From positions 132,990,001 through 133,054,000 of the forward strand of contig OZ024745.1 of assembly GCA_964016885.1 (NCBI GenBank): a DNA stretch of 64,000 nucleotides, given 5' to 3'. Origin of the DNA: Eledone cirrhosa. Its lineage: Eukaryota. Positions 44,671 through 59,285 of the stretch are shown one piece after another; position 1 is the stretch's first letter; every line of letters begins with the position of its first letter. The notes under the pieces were generated by a model. The model worked only from the letters and a program-made list of their open reading frames with translations, was not told the origin of the DNA and made no database searches. Made by a program: the position numbers and the translations under genes.

Positions 44671-44713
<43 letters not shown>

Positions 44714-45204
44714 GCCGTTGCACATCCGGATCAAGGAACACACTAAAACCAGGGCCTCGTCTTTCCGGAAACACATAGCCAAATGCGGAAACAAAGACGG
44801 AAGGCCCATTGTCACAATTCTAGCGACAGAAAGAAACGTCGGCACGTTACGTATCAAGGAAGCACTTTGGATAAAACGCCTAGGGCCACAATTAAACAAC
44901 CGATCCGAAAGAAGCTAAATGAGGTGGTTGGTTTAAGTTAACAAACGATGCAGCAACACACGCACACACACACACAAGCGAGACAGCAAGACACGCACAC
45001 ATACACACACACACAAACACACAGTAGTGTGGAGAGAAGAGATGGACACGTAGGTGACATTAGTAAACTTAAGGAAATTAACAAAGAAAGGACAAGAGTA
45101 CGAATGGAATCAAACAAGACGAAAAACAATTTTTTTAAGGGGAAACCATAAAAAGTTATTTTTTTATAAATAACGAAGGACACATACCTCCATAGCCATT
45201 GGCT
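44022..45204 (+). mobile_element. Heavily truncated PLE: inverted repeat (44022-44185 vs 45030-45194) around a GIY-YIG C-terminal fragment (44710-44918), with nested family F pieces
   Basis: RPLHIRIKEH...FRKH...LRIKEALWIKRLGPQLNNRSE is typical of PLE endonuclease ends. The arms are reverse complements. Confidence 0.8.
44235..44672. mobile_element. Cluster of family F fold-back pieces (44235-44420; 44456-44672)
   Basis: Five copies of GAAACGGCTTGAGCT(C/T)TGC(C/T)GTCGGGG in alternating orientation. Confidence 0.75.
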
Positions 45205-45563
45205 ATGAGATGGGTTTAGGCAGTTTCGAACCCTACCAACGGTACTGCTAGTCCATTCGGAGTCACAGTGACTGGCATAAGACAAATACTGTCCGAAGGT
45301 GTTAGAGACGAAAGACAAAACAATAACTCATAGACGTTACGCTTCAGAAAATCATACAATTTTGTGTGACGTTACCGAAATACAGTCAGGATTTGGAGGA
45401 AAACGAATTAGCTATATTTTTGTATATTTGTTCTTCGCTTTTATAATTGTTCTTTATAAATATGAATCCCTCCTAAATCAATGGCCAGCCAAAGCGGGCT
45501 AAATGTAGAAAGTGAAGGAAGAAGACCGACGGCTCAGCGCGCACACATACACACGCACGCACG

Positions 45564-45640
<77 letters not shown>

Positions 45641-46075
45641 TCACTCACTCACTCACTCACTCACATATATATATATATATATATATGAATTGTTCTGCAA
45701 GGTTTTTGATATGAAATCGTGTGTCGAAACAAATATTGTTATACTTGGGGAGTGTCATATTGTTGTAATAATATTGCCAGAAATAATTAAAATAAAATAA
45801 AATAAAATAAAAATGGCCTAGACCTTACAATACAATAGGAGGGAACATGATTATAGTACCAGTGATGATATTGCAGAAGTGCAACGAAAGAACTTTGATA
45901 GATTATATATATATTTATATCTGTATTTTTAACCGTTGGTCAATCAATGATAAACGATGATTGTCATATAAATTAACTATGGAGATATAAAAGATACAGA
46001 AACCAACCAAACAGTGAGTGTGTTTAATTATTTCTGGCAACGTTATTACAACGGTATGACCCCCCCCCCCAGTAT

Positions 46076-46141
<66 letters not shown>

Positions 46142-46925
46142 TTTGTTTGGTTGCGAGTGAATGTGACTGCATGAACCGTCAGCAAATAGTCTACATGTGA
46201 AAATTGCGTCTGACAATGTATTTTATATTATCAAACTTAGACTCGCTCTGAATTGCTATTGTTTAGGTTAGTCACATACGAGAGGATTGTCTGCTGCTAG
46301 TTTCATATTCATTAATACGCAATAGAGATGAAATTATATCTCAACCGCCGAAGGCTAGAATAATATATATATTGTAAAGAAAAACTTACAGAATATATCA
46401 CTATATATAAATATATTTACATATTTGTATCTGATTGAATATAAATTTCAAACGGTAGAGAACGATTAAGAATAACTGTGTACGTGGAAATAACATACGA
46501 TTGGTAAACATTTATTCAATTTAAGTGTTAAAATACGATTTAAAAAAACAAGCGAGAGCGAAATTAATTACAAACATAGTTACACATATCGTATATGGGA
46601 GGAATACACAAATGTGTTAGATGTAGGCCTGTTTCTATTTCTGACGTTAAACAGTGGTTCAGAAAACGGCGTGACTATTTAAATATCATCAAAGAAATAA
46701 TATGTCTCACAAGAACTCTGTAGTTGAGAGAATTAGCAATTGCTTCCTAGTGAATATAATTAAATACGCAACTCCTAGAATATACGTTTCTACAGCTGTG
46801 TAAAATTGATTCATCGTAGCTCATACTTTCTCAAAGATATTGAATATATATTTATACAAACACAACGTACGTCAGAAATATACTCGCGCACACGCACATA
46901 CACACACACACATATATACATATAC

Positions 46926-46986
<61 letters not shown>

Positions 46987-46991
46987 TGTGT

Positions 46992-47476
46992 GTCAGGTCG
47001 CTCTTGACTGCTACTGGTAACATGTAACCCAGTACAACCTGTCTCATGGTCGGGTCGTCGGCGAATAAACCGGCAACCCAACCCAGTTGCTTGGTGAGGA
47101 GGGTGATATTTTGACACACTGCGAGATGAAATACAAGACCCGGCAAAGGGCGGTGGTACAGAGCAACGGCCATCCAAATGTTACTTTTCTTCTATTTTTC
47201 TTTTGTGACCTGGGAGTGAAAGGCCTCCAGTTGTTGTCACACACCTTTCTAAGAGAGGGAAAACTCTGAAAAAAAACCTGTGGCGTCGTAAGAATCCAAA
47301 GATGTTGACCAGTTCTCCTTTCCGGGTGGTGTTTTCGTTGCTCAGAGTGTGGGATTGGTCGAGTGCAAGGGCTTTCCCCACTTAAAAAACCTTCAGGATC
47401 TGTTACAGGTTCGTGTGGCTGGCCATTTTCTGTAATCTGACAAGCGATTGCAATACTCGTAGCAGAGTTTGCAGGC

Positions 47477-47479
<3 letters not shown>
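46992..47479. other. GC-richer island between microsatellites, probable repeat fragment of unknown class
   Basis: Sharp compositional boundaries at (TG)n and (TA)n; no recognisable ORF. Confidence 0.3.
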
Positions 47480-47546
<67 letters not shown>

Positions 47547-47994
47547 GGTGCATGTATAAAGATGTGTATGAGTGTTAATGTGAGTGGGTGATTTTCTGCG
47601 AGTGTGTATGCATGTTCCTATGATGCTTGAATCAGAAATGAGTAGTTACTTCAGTTTGTATTTCGATGAAGTGAATTTATCTCGAAATATTATAGTCAAA
47701 GAAATTCATATTAACATTATATTAGCATTAGTTTTAACATTAAATGTCCTATTTATTTTGGTGTACACTGATAATAAAGCACTACAATTTACAAAAATAT
47801 TCAAGCACTATCCATTGCCCACCCTCACACACACTCATCCTCCTTACTCCCATTCGGAATTCCTGTTCTCCACCTATCCAAACTTTCCTCTTGAAGGATT
47901 TAAGTCAGAAATGTTGGAACCTCCTCCACTTCCATCAAGTGTGAACCTAATATAACTGTGTACAATTGCCTTCTGTGTTTTGTACGTTCGTTTC

Positions 47995-48061
<67 letters not shown>

Positions 48062-48147
48062 CTTGTGGCGATTGCGAGTGTTCAAAATAAATTTATTGAC
48101 CAAATAGTAAGCAACAAGCTCGAAATTATCGTATATCGAACGAGACG

Positions 48148-48308
<161 letters not shown>

Positions 48309-48359
48309 GAACGATCGACTTTCGTCAAATCGGACCGAGGAACAATGTTTCCGTTGGTC

Positions 48360-48524
48360 TTTCCAATTGCTAATACTATCTATCGGTCGCAACTCCAGGT
48401 AGAAGGAGCAACGTGAAATAAAGTGTCTTGCTCAAGGACATAACGCATCGCCTGCTCCAGGAATCGAACTCACAACCTTACGATTGCGAATCCAATTCTC
48501 TAACCACTCAGCCACACGCCTTCA
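48360..48524 (-). mobile_element. tRNA-derived SINE family 2
   Basis: Minus strand: GTGGCTGAGTGGTTAGAG (A box), GAGTTCGATTCC (B box), TCCTTGAGCAAGACACTTTATTTCA shared with 59133-59285. Confidence 0.85.
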
Positions 48525-48675
48525 CTAATATATATATAGGGAGAGAGAGGGGGAGAGAGATACCGTGCAGTGGTGGGGGCGAAGAGACCACAAATCTAGG
48601 GAGTACTCAATGAATGGGGAGATAGGGAATGGGTATAGAGATAGGTTTAATCTCAATCGCGATCGGAATTAAGCG

Positions 48676-48810
<135 letters not shown>

Positions 48811-48845
48811 ATATATATATAAATATAATATATATATATATAATT

Positions 48846-49245
48846 ATATTTAAATAGTCCCAATTTACTTGTTACACCCTGTAAATTGGGACTATTTAAA
48901 TATATTTATTATGATTGGTATAACTCGGAAAAAATCAAACATTGTAGACTTTATGTTTATGCCAATTTATTGTGGAGTGTGTAGCCCTTATTTCAGTTCA
49001 ATGTGACCGCCATTTGTTTTCCTTACCAGTTCAATACGTTTGCGAAATGATGCCTCTTTCTTTCGTTTTCATTTTACCGAATGCTCGCTTGATCTAAGCC
49101 TTCACTGATGACAGAGTTGTGAGAAATTGTATTGGATATTGCTTTAACTGTGCCCCATAGCCATAATTCACATGGATTCAAATTTGGTTAGCTACAGGGA
49201 TAAATATATTTAGGGACAAAATGGGGAATTCCATCTTCAAAATTC
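48846..49245 (-). mobile_element. Tc1-like transposon 3' remnant with a rearranged TIR
   Basis: Minus strand translates YPCS*PNLNPCELWLWGTVK (cf. WPxxSPDLNPxD..W) and FRKRIELV...HIE. ACACCCTG-TA TIR-like end at 48874-48883. Confidence 0.7.
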
Positions 49246-49937
49246 TTGTACTTATTCTTGTTTTAAACTGAAACATATTCTAACTTTTGTACATTTTGAA
49301 ACTTTGAGTTTGCTTTGGAATGTAAATAACATAGTGGACTGGCGTTTAAGCAAGAATTGAAACTCGGTCGCCGAGAGAAGACCTTGTGTTTGGAATATTC
49401 GCTGCCCACAGATTTGAAATATTAAATATTTGTGAAGATCCCATTATGGTTAGAAAGAATTGTCTTATTGATTTAACAAGATTTGTGCTGCGGTCAATAT
49501 CTTCGTGAGAACAAAGCTAATATTATGCGTATCCTAAGATTTATATACGTATAATGTAAGTTAATGCGTGTGTGAATGCACAAATCTTTATATTCCTTCA
49601 CTGCAGTCAATTTGAAATTATTCACATGAGTAGCTTCTTGTGCATAGATTTTAATCAAGTACATAACCAGGAATGCTGTGTATTTTCTTATGAGTGTAGA
49701 TATTCTTAATGGCTATTGATAATGTGGAATTATATTTAGATAAAATTTCTGAATGAAGTCTCTCAATGCATAACAGTAGATTCTGTAGCAGAGTTGTTAA
49801 TGGTCGAAAATTGAAGGCTTCGCTTGCAAACGTGATTGTCAGTACTGAACTATATACAACCGTGCAATTGAATTTTTCACTAGAACAACTTAACATCTTA
49901 GGTAGTTACAAGTGTCCAAAAAGTTGCTATTATATCT

Positions 49938-50130
49938 GGTCGGTGGATTGGTAGTATCGGTAGAGGGTCGGGCGGCATGATTTTCAGCATAGAATTACGG
50001 CCCTTTACGTTCTGAGTTCAAATGCCGCCCAGGTTAACTTTGCCTTTCATCCTTACGAGGTTGATAAAATAAAGTACCAGTAATACACTGGATATTTGCT
50101 GGCCTTGTGCCGAAAGTAGAAAAAATTATA
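49938..50130 (+). mobile_element. SINE family 1
   Basis: Same head, B-box and tail as the 42024 copy. Confidence 0.9.
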
Positions 50131-50269
50131 TCTGATTACAAATTTTAAACAAACTAGTCTATTGAGCTGACTGACGGCAATTGCATCTATCACTTGCTAT
50201 ATATTAATATGTATGTATTCATTTGTGAAACACAAAGTAGTAGATTACTGCTATATAATGGGCCAATTC

Positions 50270-50319
<50 letters not shown>

Positions 50320-51244
50320 GACACACAGATATACATATATATATATATATATATAATATGAAGTTTAAAATCTACGACAATGTGAAATGGACTAACAAAG
50401 AGATGAGACGAAGAGGATGTTGTCTTACCTTAATTTATATCGTGATATTTCGAGATCAAAATCTTTTCTTCGGAAGAAACAAGAAGGAACTAGTCTAGTG
50501 TCCGGTTGAACATGCTATAGCATGCTACCGGAAGTGGTGGCTATACGGATTTAACCTCTTTTGTTTTTAATTAAACTATAGGTCTTGAGAGGTCAATAGG
50601 GCACAGAGTTATTTCCCTTTAAGCAATTTTAAAATATATATACACACACGCAGGCACATACGTATATGCATATATGTGTGTGTATAATCACGCACATAAA
50701 TAATCATACATGCATAAATATAATGATATAAACATATACATGCACATACACAATTTCTCACAGACAAATAATCTGGGAAGCCTATGTCTTCTTGCACAGG
50801 CGAATAAGCCCCCACATACATATGCAAAGATGTACGCACCATCATGTATGTGTACACCTAGGTATATAAGTACGCACCTACACACTCACATGCAGACACA
50901 CACATGTGTACCCTTATGTATAATGCCCTGTGGTCTTCTAAGTTAGGTGATGTTTGCCGAATTGTAAGTTACTCCTTAATGACGATCTGTCCTCTTCTAA
51001 GCCTCCTCTTACTTCTGCTGCTAATATGTCACTCCATCGTTTGTTTTGTGGTGCGTTTTGGTGATTTGTGGCTTTGCATGCATTTGCATCTGCGCCTTCA
51101 CCAGTGTGCGTAAGTGGCTTTGTGTTTTCTATGTCTATGAGTGGTTTATATAGTTGTGTGTGTGCCTGTGTGTGTGTGTGTGTATGTGTGTGTGTGTGGG
51201 GGGGGGGGGTGTCGTTAGGCTGTGGACTGTTACTATTCTACTAT

Positions 51245-51665
51245 TGTTTTCTGTTCAAGCTAGATGTATTACCTATTATGTGTCTAACCTCCGCAATTTG
51301 TTAGATTATTGCATCAGTTCTAGATGTGGAAAGGATCTTTATTTCTATGTTATCTATTGAGCTTCCGTATTATAGTTTAGTATGTTGGTATAGCAATGAT
51401 GAGCGTTTCTCCTTAATTTCTCACCAGTCTTCCTTTAATCTCTCTCATATGCTACCGGCTGTCTCTCTTAAGTATGTTGTTTCTTGTCTCTGCACTATCC
51501 CTCTGTACATCTGATCTTATAATCTACATTTCTAGTTTTGCTGCGGGCGTACTTCGCAGACTATACAGTTTCTATCCGTACAAGGGGTTTTCTTAAAAGG
51601 GTATGTCATACTGATCCGGAATTTTATCGAAGCTCCTTCTATTTCTACTTCTTTAATCCTTTCAT
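51245..51665 (-). pseudogene. Degenerate PLE linker/GIY-YIG remnant related to 33790-34860
   Basis: Minus strand gives TYPFKKTPCTDRNCIVC...TTYLRETAGSI...LYQH...IDNIE...LNRK with stops; TYPFKKT is shared with the 34009 ORF. Confidence 0.75.
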
Positions 51666-52756
51666 GATTAAGAAGATCACGAGGGTCAAATATATCAATG
51701 CGTCATGTTCGCCAGACCTTCCTCCAGAGGCAAACTAGTGTATAGTTTTTTCAGAAGAGTATTAAGTAAAATAAATCAACATTTACATTGTCAGATTTGA
51801 CTTCCACTCCGCTTCGTCAATATGGATCAGGATTTTTCCAAAATTTAGGGATAATCCTTCAGGGATATAATTGTTGTACGGTCCTGTAGTCAGAGTATAT
51901 GATATGTATTCACAGAGTAAACTTCATTCATGAATGGTCGAAGCCATGGTAGTCTCATTTTTTAATATACGCCCTAGAAATGTATTGTTTCCACAATCCT
52001 GAACTAAGTTTACTAGTAAAACCTAGGTGATACGTATTTCTAAAAATATAACATCTACAAGTATATATTTTTCAATTTGAGGCAATATTAGATATTGCCT
52101 CAAATTGCATTGTTTAATCTGTGTACCTCTTCTTCGTCTAGGCTGAGTGGTAAAATACCGACTTAAGTAATAATATTTCTTTGTTGTTCAACACTATTCT
52201 GTTGACATTATAATGGTTAGTAATTTCTTCATACATCCGAACAATTATTAGAAAAAAATGAATTATATTTTAATTCCACATATTACAAGAGAATTCTATC
52301 AATATAAATATTGCTAACCATGGCAACATAGTATATTAAATTTCATTATTGGTGACGTTTACTGTCGAACGTCATGATTCATGTCCCCAATTTCAAAAGT
52401 ATTCCTATTTAAATATGGGAAATCTAATTCCACTTCTTTTATATCGACAGTCATAAAATGCGATACGTCATTTATAGAAGATATTTGAATATTTATCATG
52501 AGAAGTGTCTTTACAAACAGTCAGACAAAAAGGTGAAATTTCCGACGTTAAAACATTAAAATCGTTACTATGGTAAAATTAATTATCCTCATATCCATAC
52601 TTCATCTGTCATTTGATAAGGGTTTCATGCACAACTAAAGCAGCTAATGACTATGATGATGATTATTATGACGACAACGCCCAATATGATATTGTTCTTA
52701 AGTAAATATCAACACATTTATTCATACACACATACAATAAATCTCTGCATCTCTCC

Positions 52757-52829
<73 letters not shown>

Positions 52830-53087
52830 TGTGTGTGTGTGTTTGTGTGTACATACAAATTATATAAAGAGAGAGAGAGCTGGAGAGTTGATCCCACAAT
52901 AATTACGAACCAATATTTGAGAAGACGCAATTTACCTGAAGTGGATTTTCAACTCGTTGAATACCCTCCATGTAAATACTATTTATGGGAAACATGTCTT
53001 CCCAAGTATCCTTTGCTAATTATTGTGGAATCCAACTCATCCTTTGGAGTGATTACTCTACTAACTTTGGATATGAACCTCTGATTC

Positions 53088-53149
53088 TTCACTACACTAT
53101 ACATACACTATATATATCTCACTCACAACACTATATATCTCACTCATTA

Positions 53150-53210
<61 letters not shown>

Positions 53211-53267
53211 TATATCACCCAGTCATTATATATATCTCACTCACAACACTATATATCTCACTCATTA

Positions 53268-53342
<75 letters not shown>

Positions 53343-54591
53343 TCATTACACTATATATATATATATCACTCAGTCACTATATATATCTCATTCACTACAC
53401 TATATATATATATTACTCAGTCACTATATATATCTCACTCAATACACTATATATATCTCACTCACTACACTGTATATATCTCACTCACTACGCTATATAT
53501 ATATATCTCACTCACTACACTATATATATATCACCCAGTCACTATATATATATCTCACTCACTACACTATATATATCTCACTCAATACACTATATATATC
53601 TCACTCAATACACTATATATATCTCACTCAGTACACTATATATATCACTCAGTCACTATATATATCTCGCTCAATACACTATATATATATATATATATAT
53701 CACTCAGTCACTATATATATCTCACTGAATACACTATGTATATCTCACTCACTACACTATATATATCTCACTCACTACACTATATATATCTCACTCACTA
53801 CACTATATATATATATCTCACTCACTACACTATATATATATCACCCAGTCACTATATATATCTCACTCAATACACTATATATATCTCACTCAATACACTA
53901 TATATATCTCACTCAGTACACTATATATATCACTCAGTCACTATATATATCTCACTCAGTCACTATATATATCTCACGGAACACACTATATATATATCAC
54001 TCACTACACTATATATATCTCACTCAATACACTATATATATATCACTCAGTCACTATATATATATCACTCAGTCACTATATATATCTCACTCAATACACT
54101 ATATATATATCTCACTCAGTACACTATATATATCACCCAGTCACTATATATATCTCACTCAATACACTATATATATATATCACTCAGTCACTATATATAT
54201 ATATATCACCCAGTCACTATATATATCTCACTCACTACACTATAAACATCTCACTCACTACACTATATATATATATCACTCAGTCACTATATATATCTCA
54301 CTCAATACACTATATATATCTCCCTCAGTACACTATATATATCTCACTCACTACACTATATATATATATATCACTCAGTCACTATATATATCTCACTCAA
54401 TACACTATATATATCTCACTCACTACACTATATATATATATCACTCAGTCACTATATATATCTCACTCAGTCACTATATATATATCACCCAGTCACTATA
54501 TATATCTCACTCACTACACTATATATATATATATCACTCAGTCACTATATATATCTCACTCAGTCACTATATATATCTCACTCAGTACACT
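53088..54591 (+). repeat. Complex minisatellite of CTCACTCA(C/A/G)TACAC(TA)n and CAC(T/C)CAGTCAC(TA)n units
   Basis: About 1.5 kb of interleaved ~18-26-bp units with variable TA spacers. Confidence 0.93.
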
Positions 54592-54859
54592 AGCTGTTCT
54601 ATTGTATATGGAAGACGATCTAATAAAAGCAATGTCTCCCAGAAGGCAGATATTACATGACTTGTTAGGTTAAATCCATATATAATTCTATAGAAATTAC
54701 AAGTTCAAATAAAGATATTGTGACATGTGACTAGTCAAAAGAAACGACTATTTCCCGCAGAACCAAGTAAAGTAGTCACCCAGATTAACATAATTACAAC
54801 TAATGACATTTCGTGAGTAAACTACTAGAATTTAGATTATTAGTTCTTTCAACTGGGAA

Positions 54860-55078
54860 GCGGGAATATGTAGCAGTATCGATAGGATGCCAGACAACGT
54901 GCTGTGTAGCATAGAGTCACGGCCCTTTACATTCTGATTTCAAATCCCGCCGAGGTGAGCTTTGCCTTTCATCCTTCTGGGGTCGATAAAATAAAGTACC
55001 AGTAATGCACTGGGGTCGATTGAATCGACTTTCCTCTCCCCTAGAATTGCTGGCCTTGTGCCTAAATCAGAAACCAAT
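54860..55078 (+). mobile_element. SINE family 1, longer variant retaining GGGGTCGATTGAATCGACTTTCCTCTCCC
   Basis: Same body as the other copies plus an internal segment they lack. Confidence 0.85.
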
Positions 55079-57289
55079 CTATTTATATGACTGTCACTAA
55101 TTTAGATTTAGATACGAATGTTCAATCCAATATTATGTGACATACTGAAAATAAAAATTAAATTATATTAGAAATATGTTTAAGATGCAATCGTTTACGT
55201 GAATTGAAGAATACCTTTATTAATAGTTTTCAATGTTAAACCGAAATTATCATTATAGAATACATACTTTTCAACCTGTTTTTTTAAATATATTATTGCA
55301 ATTTAAAATAATTTTAAATATTGAATACTCATGATATTTTATATAGAGCAAAAGTATATGTGGTATGTGAGATTACACTCATTAGGAACATCTTTTTTAT
55401 GATATACTGCTATCATAAAACGTACGTGATTGTTCTAGATAAGAGAATAACTATTTATATACAGCAAATTATTTACTACATATCAAGATTGATTGTGAAT
55501 TGTAAAAGTATCGGTAACCTATGAAATTACTCCAAGTAGAAAATAAGAAAATAGCTTCTCTGATATACACTTAGATGTAATCCAATACAAAAATAACTAT
55601 TTACAAACAACTATATATTATTTTCCATTTTTTTCTTTACGCAGTTTAATGCATTTGATATTGAAATTGTCTCTACATTTCAATTTGCAATATTTTTCTC
55701 AGCTGTATCCGTTTCCTATTATACCGCGATTAAGCAAAAGCAAAATATTCGCCTTCAAAACAATAGCAAATTTCTAAATTGAATCTATAGAAAACGCATT
55801 ACATTCAAATTAAAACTAATTGCAAAAATATATGATGGTAATGGACGCATTTATATGGGAAACAAAATAGAATTTATTAACAAAAATAACTATAGCGTAA
55901 ACGAATATTCATTAGTTACTATTTCAAATATAATCGATTCGCAAGATTTTATTGTATTATCTTGTATTTATTTATATTCGTTTCACTCAAATATAGGATG
56001 TGACTAAAATTATTGTCAAGCATTAGAAAGTAAATAATCTTTAAAAAACCGTGAAGCCACAGATCTGTTTAGACTGGTGCGATTACATTTGAATATATAT
56101 GGTTATTTACAAACACTCGAATACGCCCGCTAACATATATGCAAAGAAGCATACGCACATACAGGTATTTACTCCATATTCATACAAAAAAGTATTTCAT
56201 GAACATGTTCACATGCATATAGGAGCCGTACCTATATGCATGTGAATATACACGCACACATACATACATGCATATATATATTTTACTCTTAATTTGGCCA
56301 GATATTTATATTTCCAGATGCCTTTTAAACGTAACTTTCCGTATTTATTACTGTTCTGAGATATTGTTTGTTATTTAGGTATCACTTCTCTGTTTTTAGC
56401 CTAAGAAAATATCTATATGCGAGTGTAATTAATACATGCATACATTTTTTTTTTTTAAATTAATTGAGTTCTTAACACGCAGGATTGATAATGTTTTTGA
56501 AAAAACTAATTAACCCACGTGTATATTATTTTACTTTTCTCGTGACTCGCGATTGTCTCCCTTTTCCGCTTCGTGACGCTATGATATTTCCTCAGTCTAA
56601 AGACTGCTGGAATTTCAAATTTGGCGGTCATTCGATGCGTGAAGGGATGGCTTAGCGGACACGAAAAATAACTGCGGTAAGAAATTTTTTCTTATATCAA
56701 AGTTTAATGGGCATCCACTGATGATTTATAAGTGCCCACCTACATATATTCTTACAGGAAAATATGTTAGGCTTCTATATAAATTGGAAACATTCTCCCA
56801 ACTTGTAGAAAACTTATAATGAAACAATTGTTTGGAAAGAGAGATATATTTTAATTTTAATTATATCTCATATAAAATAATACAACTGGCTTTCCACAAA
56901 ATACATATAGTTAGCACCCCAAACACAAAATTGGGATTATACTAACGTATATCCTAATGTTTGTTGAGTGAGATGGTTACCAGTCGGAGTTTAGCTTAAA
57001 GCTTTCTCTGTTATTGTATTAAATATATATATATATATATATATTTCCAGATACTTTCATAAATAAAGAGAGAGAGAAAAAGAGATAGTGGTTGTGAGAG
57101 AGGGAGAGGAGACAGAGAAGGGAATGGAAGAGAGACAGAGAAGGGAATGGAAGAGAGAGCGCTGGTGGTGGTGCTGTGTATATAGATATCTATATTTGTG
57201 AGTCTGTGTATATATATATATATGTGTGTGTGTATATGATCATTGCTTAGAGATCACAGACACCCACCTCTATACATACACGCACATAC

Positions 57290-57469
57290 ATATACGTATA
57301 CACACACATTTATATATATACACACGTATATATATGGGCCTGCTAGTTTCATTTCACATTATATACATGTCTGTGTATATTTTAGTTATTTAAAAATTAT
57401 TTTTAAGTGGACATGATTTTTTGAAAACATTCTAATGTGAACGTGACCCAACGGGTTACGGGAGGTCTA

Positions 57470-57470
<1 letters not shown>
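57290..57470 (+). mobile_element. Non-autonomous Helitron-like 3' end
   Basis: Hairpin CGTGACCC-aac-GGGTTACG, then GGAGGT-CTAG|T. A homologous segment at about 63440-63605 also ends GGTCTAG|T. Confidence 0.65.
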
Positions 57471-57505
<35 letters not shown>

Positions 57506-57587
57506 GTTATTCCGGGTTGAATCGGAGGTAACCACAGTAAGTAAGGTACTCAATACATAGCAGAGTATAACAGTTTTAATATAGATG

Positions 57588-57638
57588 AGATTCTACAGGA
57601 CTAGAACTGTTTCATTCATTTGAAATCATCAGGAATCT
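57588..57638 (-). ncRNA. Type-I hammerhead motif, family B (minus arm)
   Basis: Exact reverse complement of 58317-58367. Confidence 0.78.
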
Positions 57639-58316
57639 GGGTATCAAAAAATAAATATGGTATTTATAGGTCTCTACAAGTGGTAGGAGAGGGTGGGGAG
57701 TGGGATGGGTGCAGGTCATTGGTTGATAGAAAAGGGAATTCATTAAAATCTAATTCTACAAAGCTATAGTTTATTTTTATTTTTATTTTTATTTATTTAT
57801 GTTTTTAGAGTAACAAGGGCAGACAGAATTCTATAAACAGGTTCCGGATGGCCTACCATTCCTTGTCAATAAGTTTCTCTTAAGCTAACAGATGTCTATA
57901 AAATCAGTGGGGGTCAGTCATAGTCGATAGAATTAAAGAAAAGGGAGATTCTTTAAAAGCTAAAGTCATTACTGACTTTAGCTTTTAAAGAATCTCCCTT
58001 TAAAGAACTCCCTTTTCTTTAATTCTATCGACTATGACTGACCCCCCACTGATTTTATAGACATCTGTTAGCTTAAGAGAAACTTATTGACAAGGAATGG
58101 TAGGCCATCCGGAACCTGTTTATAGAATTCTGTCTGCCCTTGTTACTCTAAAAACATAAATAAATAAAAATAAAAATAAAAATAAACTATAGCTTTGTAG
58201 AATTAGCTTTTAATGAATTCCCTTTTCTATCAACCAATGACCTGCACCCATCCCACTCCCACCCTCTCCTAGCACTTGTAGAGACCTATAAATACCATAT
58301 TTATTTTTTGATACCC

Positions 58317-58367
58317 AGATTCCTGATGATTTCAAATGAATGAAACAGTTCTAGTCCTGTAGAATCT
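58317..58367 (+). ncRNA. Type-I hammerhead motif, family B (plus arm)
   Basis: Stem I AGATTC/GAATCT; CTGATGA; stem II TTC/GAA; GAAA; stem III CAG/CTG; GUA site, predicted cut after 58361. Confidence 0.78.
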
Positions 58368-58379
58368 CATCTATATTAA

Positions 58380-58504
<125 letters not shown>

Positions 58505-59132
58505 TGACCTAATGAGTGGTCTAGTGTATTATAAACTTCCAGTGTATTATATTAAATGGTGAAGGACAGAACAAAAAAGAACAGACACGAAATAAAGGCA
58601 CCACCAAAGCTTTCAAAGCCAAAATTTGCCCATACTTCAGAATGAGTGGCCTCAAATCAGTGATCTTTTGTCATGCCCTTATACGGGTTTATAAGTTGCC
58701 GTTAAAAGAAGGTTTGCGAGTTTACGAAAAAACGTAATATAACAAAGTGTGTTTACTAAATGTAAAACGTAATATAACGAAGATTTACATATCCGAATTA
58801 GTCAACAGGGACATGTATTCTTGTTGCAACTGTTCCGTTTATTTTTCTTCGATCAATAGGTCCATAATGAGAGTTCTAGTCATGATGGGTCCATATGTGA
58901 GACAATGTCTCACAAATAGGAACCCTACTATTTCATTAATTTTCTAGCCATGGAATTATTTTGTTGTGCAGATATATCTTTCAATGTTAACAGACTGCAT
59001 GTATGTCGTTTCACATATTAATAGTCAGTCTGTATATGAGGGCGTATGTGCGCTTGTATACGTCTGTGTGTGTGTAAGTGTACTCTTATATGAATATGTA
59101 CTTGTGTATCATTGGTCTGTCATCCTATCTTC

Positions 59133-59285
59133 AGTGAAGGTGCATGGGTTAGTGGTTAGAGCATTGGGCTTGCAATCGAAAGGTTGTGAGTTCAATCAAT
59201 TATCGGACCGGGTGATGTGTTGTTTCCTTGAGCAAGACACTTTATTTCAAGTTGCTCCAGTTTACTCAGCTGTAGAAATGAGATG
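59133..59285 (+). mobile_element. tRNA-derived SINE family 2
   Basis: GTGAAGGTGCATGGGTTAGTGGTTAGAG...GTGAGTTCAAT...CCTTGAGCAAGACACTTTATTTCA, homologous to 48360-48524. Confidence 0.82.

Noticed and set aside
48360-48524. tRNA-like A/B boxes as tRNA genes (also in the other SINE heads)
   Set aside because: No complete cloverleaf; followed by shared SINE bodies in multiple dispersed copies.
50430-50480. Minus-strand CCGAAGA..AGAT/ATCT..GAAA-TATC/GATA-TA downstream of the 51245 PLE remnant
   Set aside because: The position is suggestive of a decayed HHR, but the core is variant and stem I is only 2 bp; not supportable.
52075-52108. 15-bp perfect inverted repeat CAATTTGAGGCAATA/TATTGCCTCAAATTG
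   Set aside because: Isolated, with no second copy or associated motif; likely a local template-switch event.
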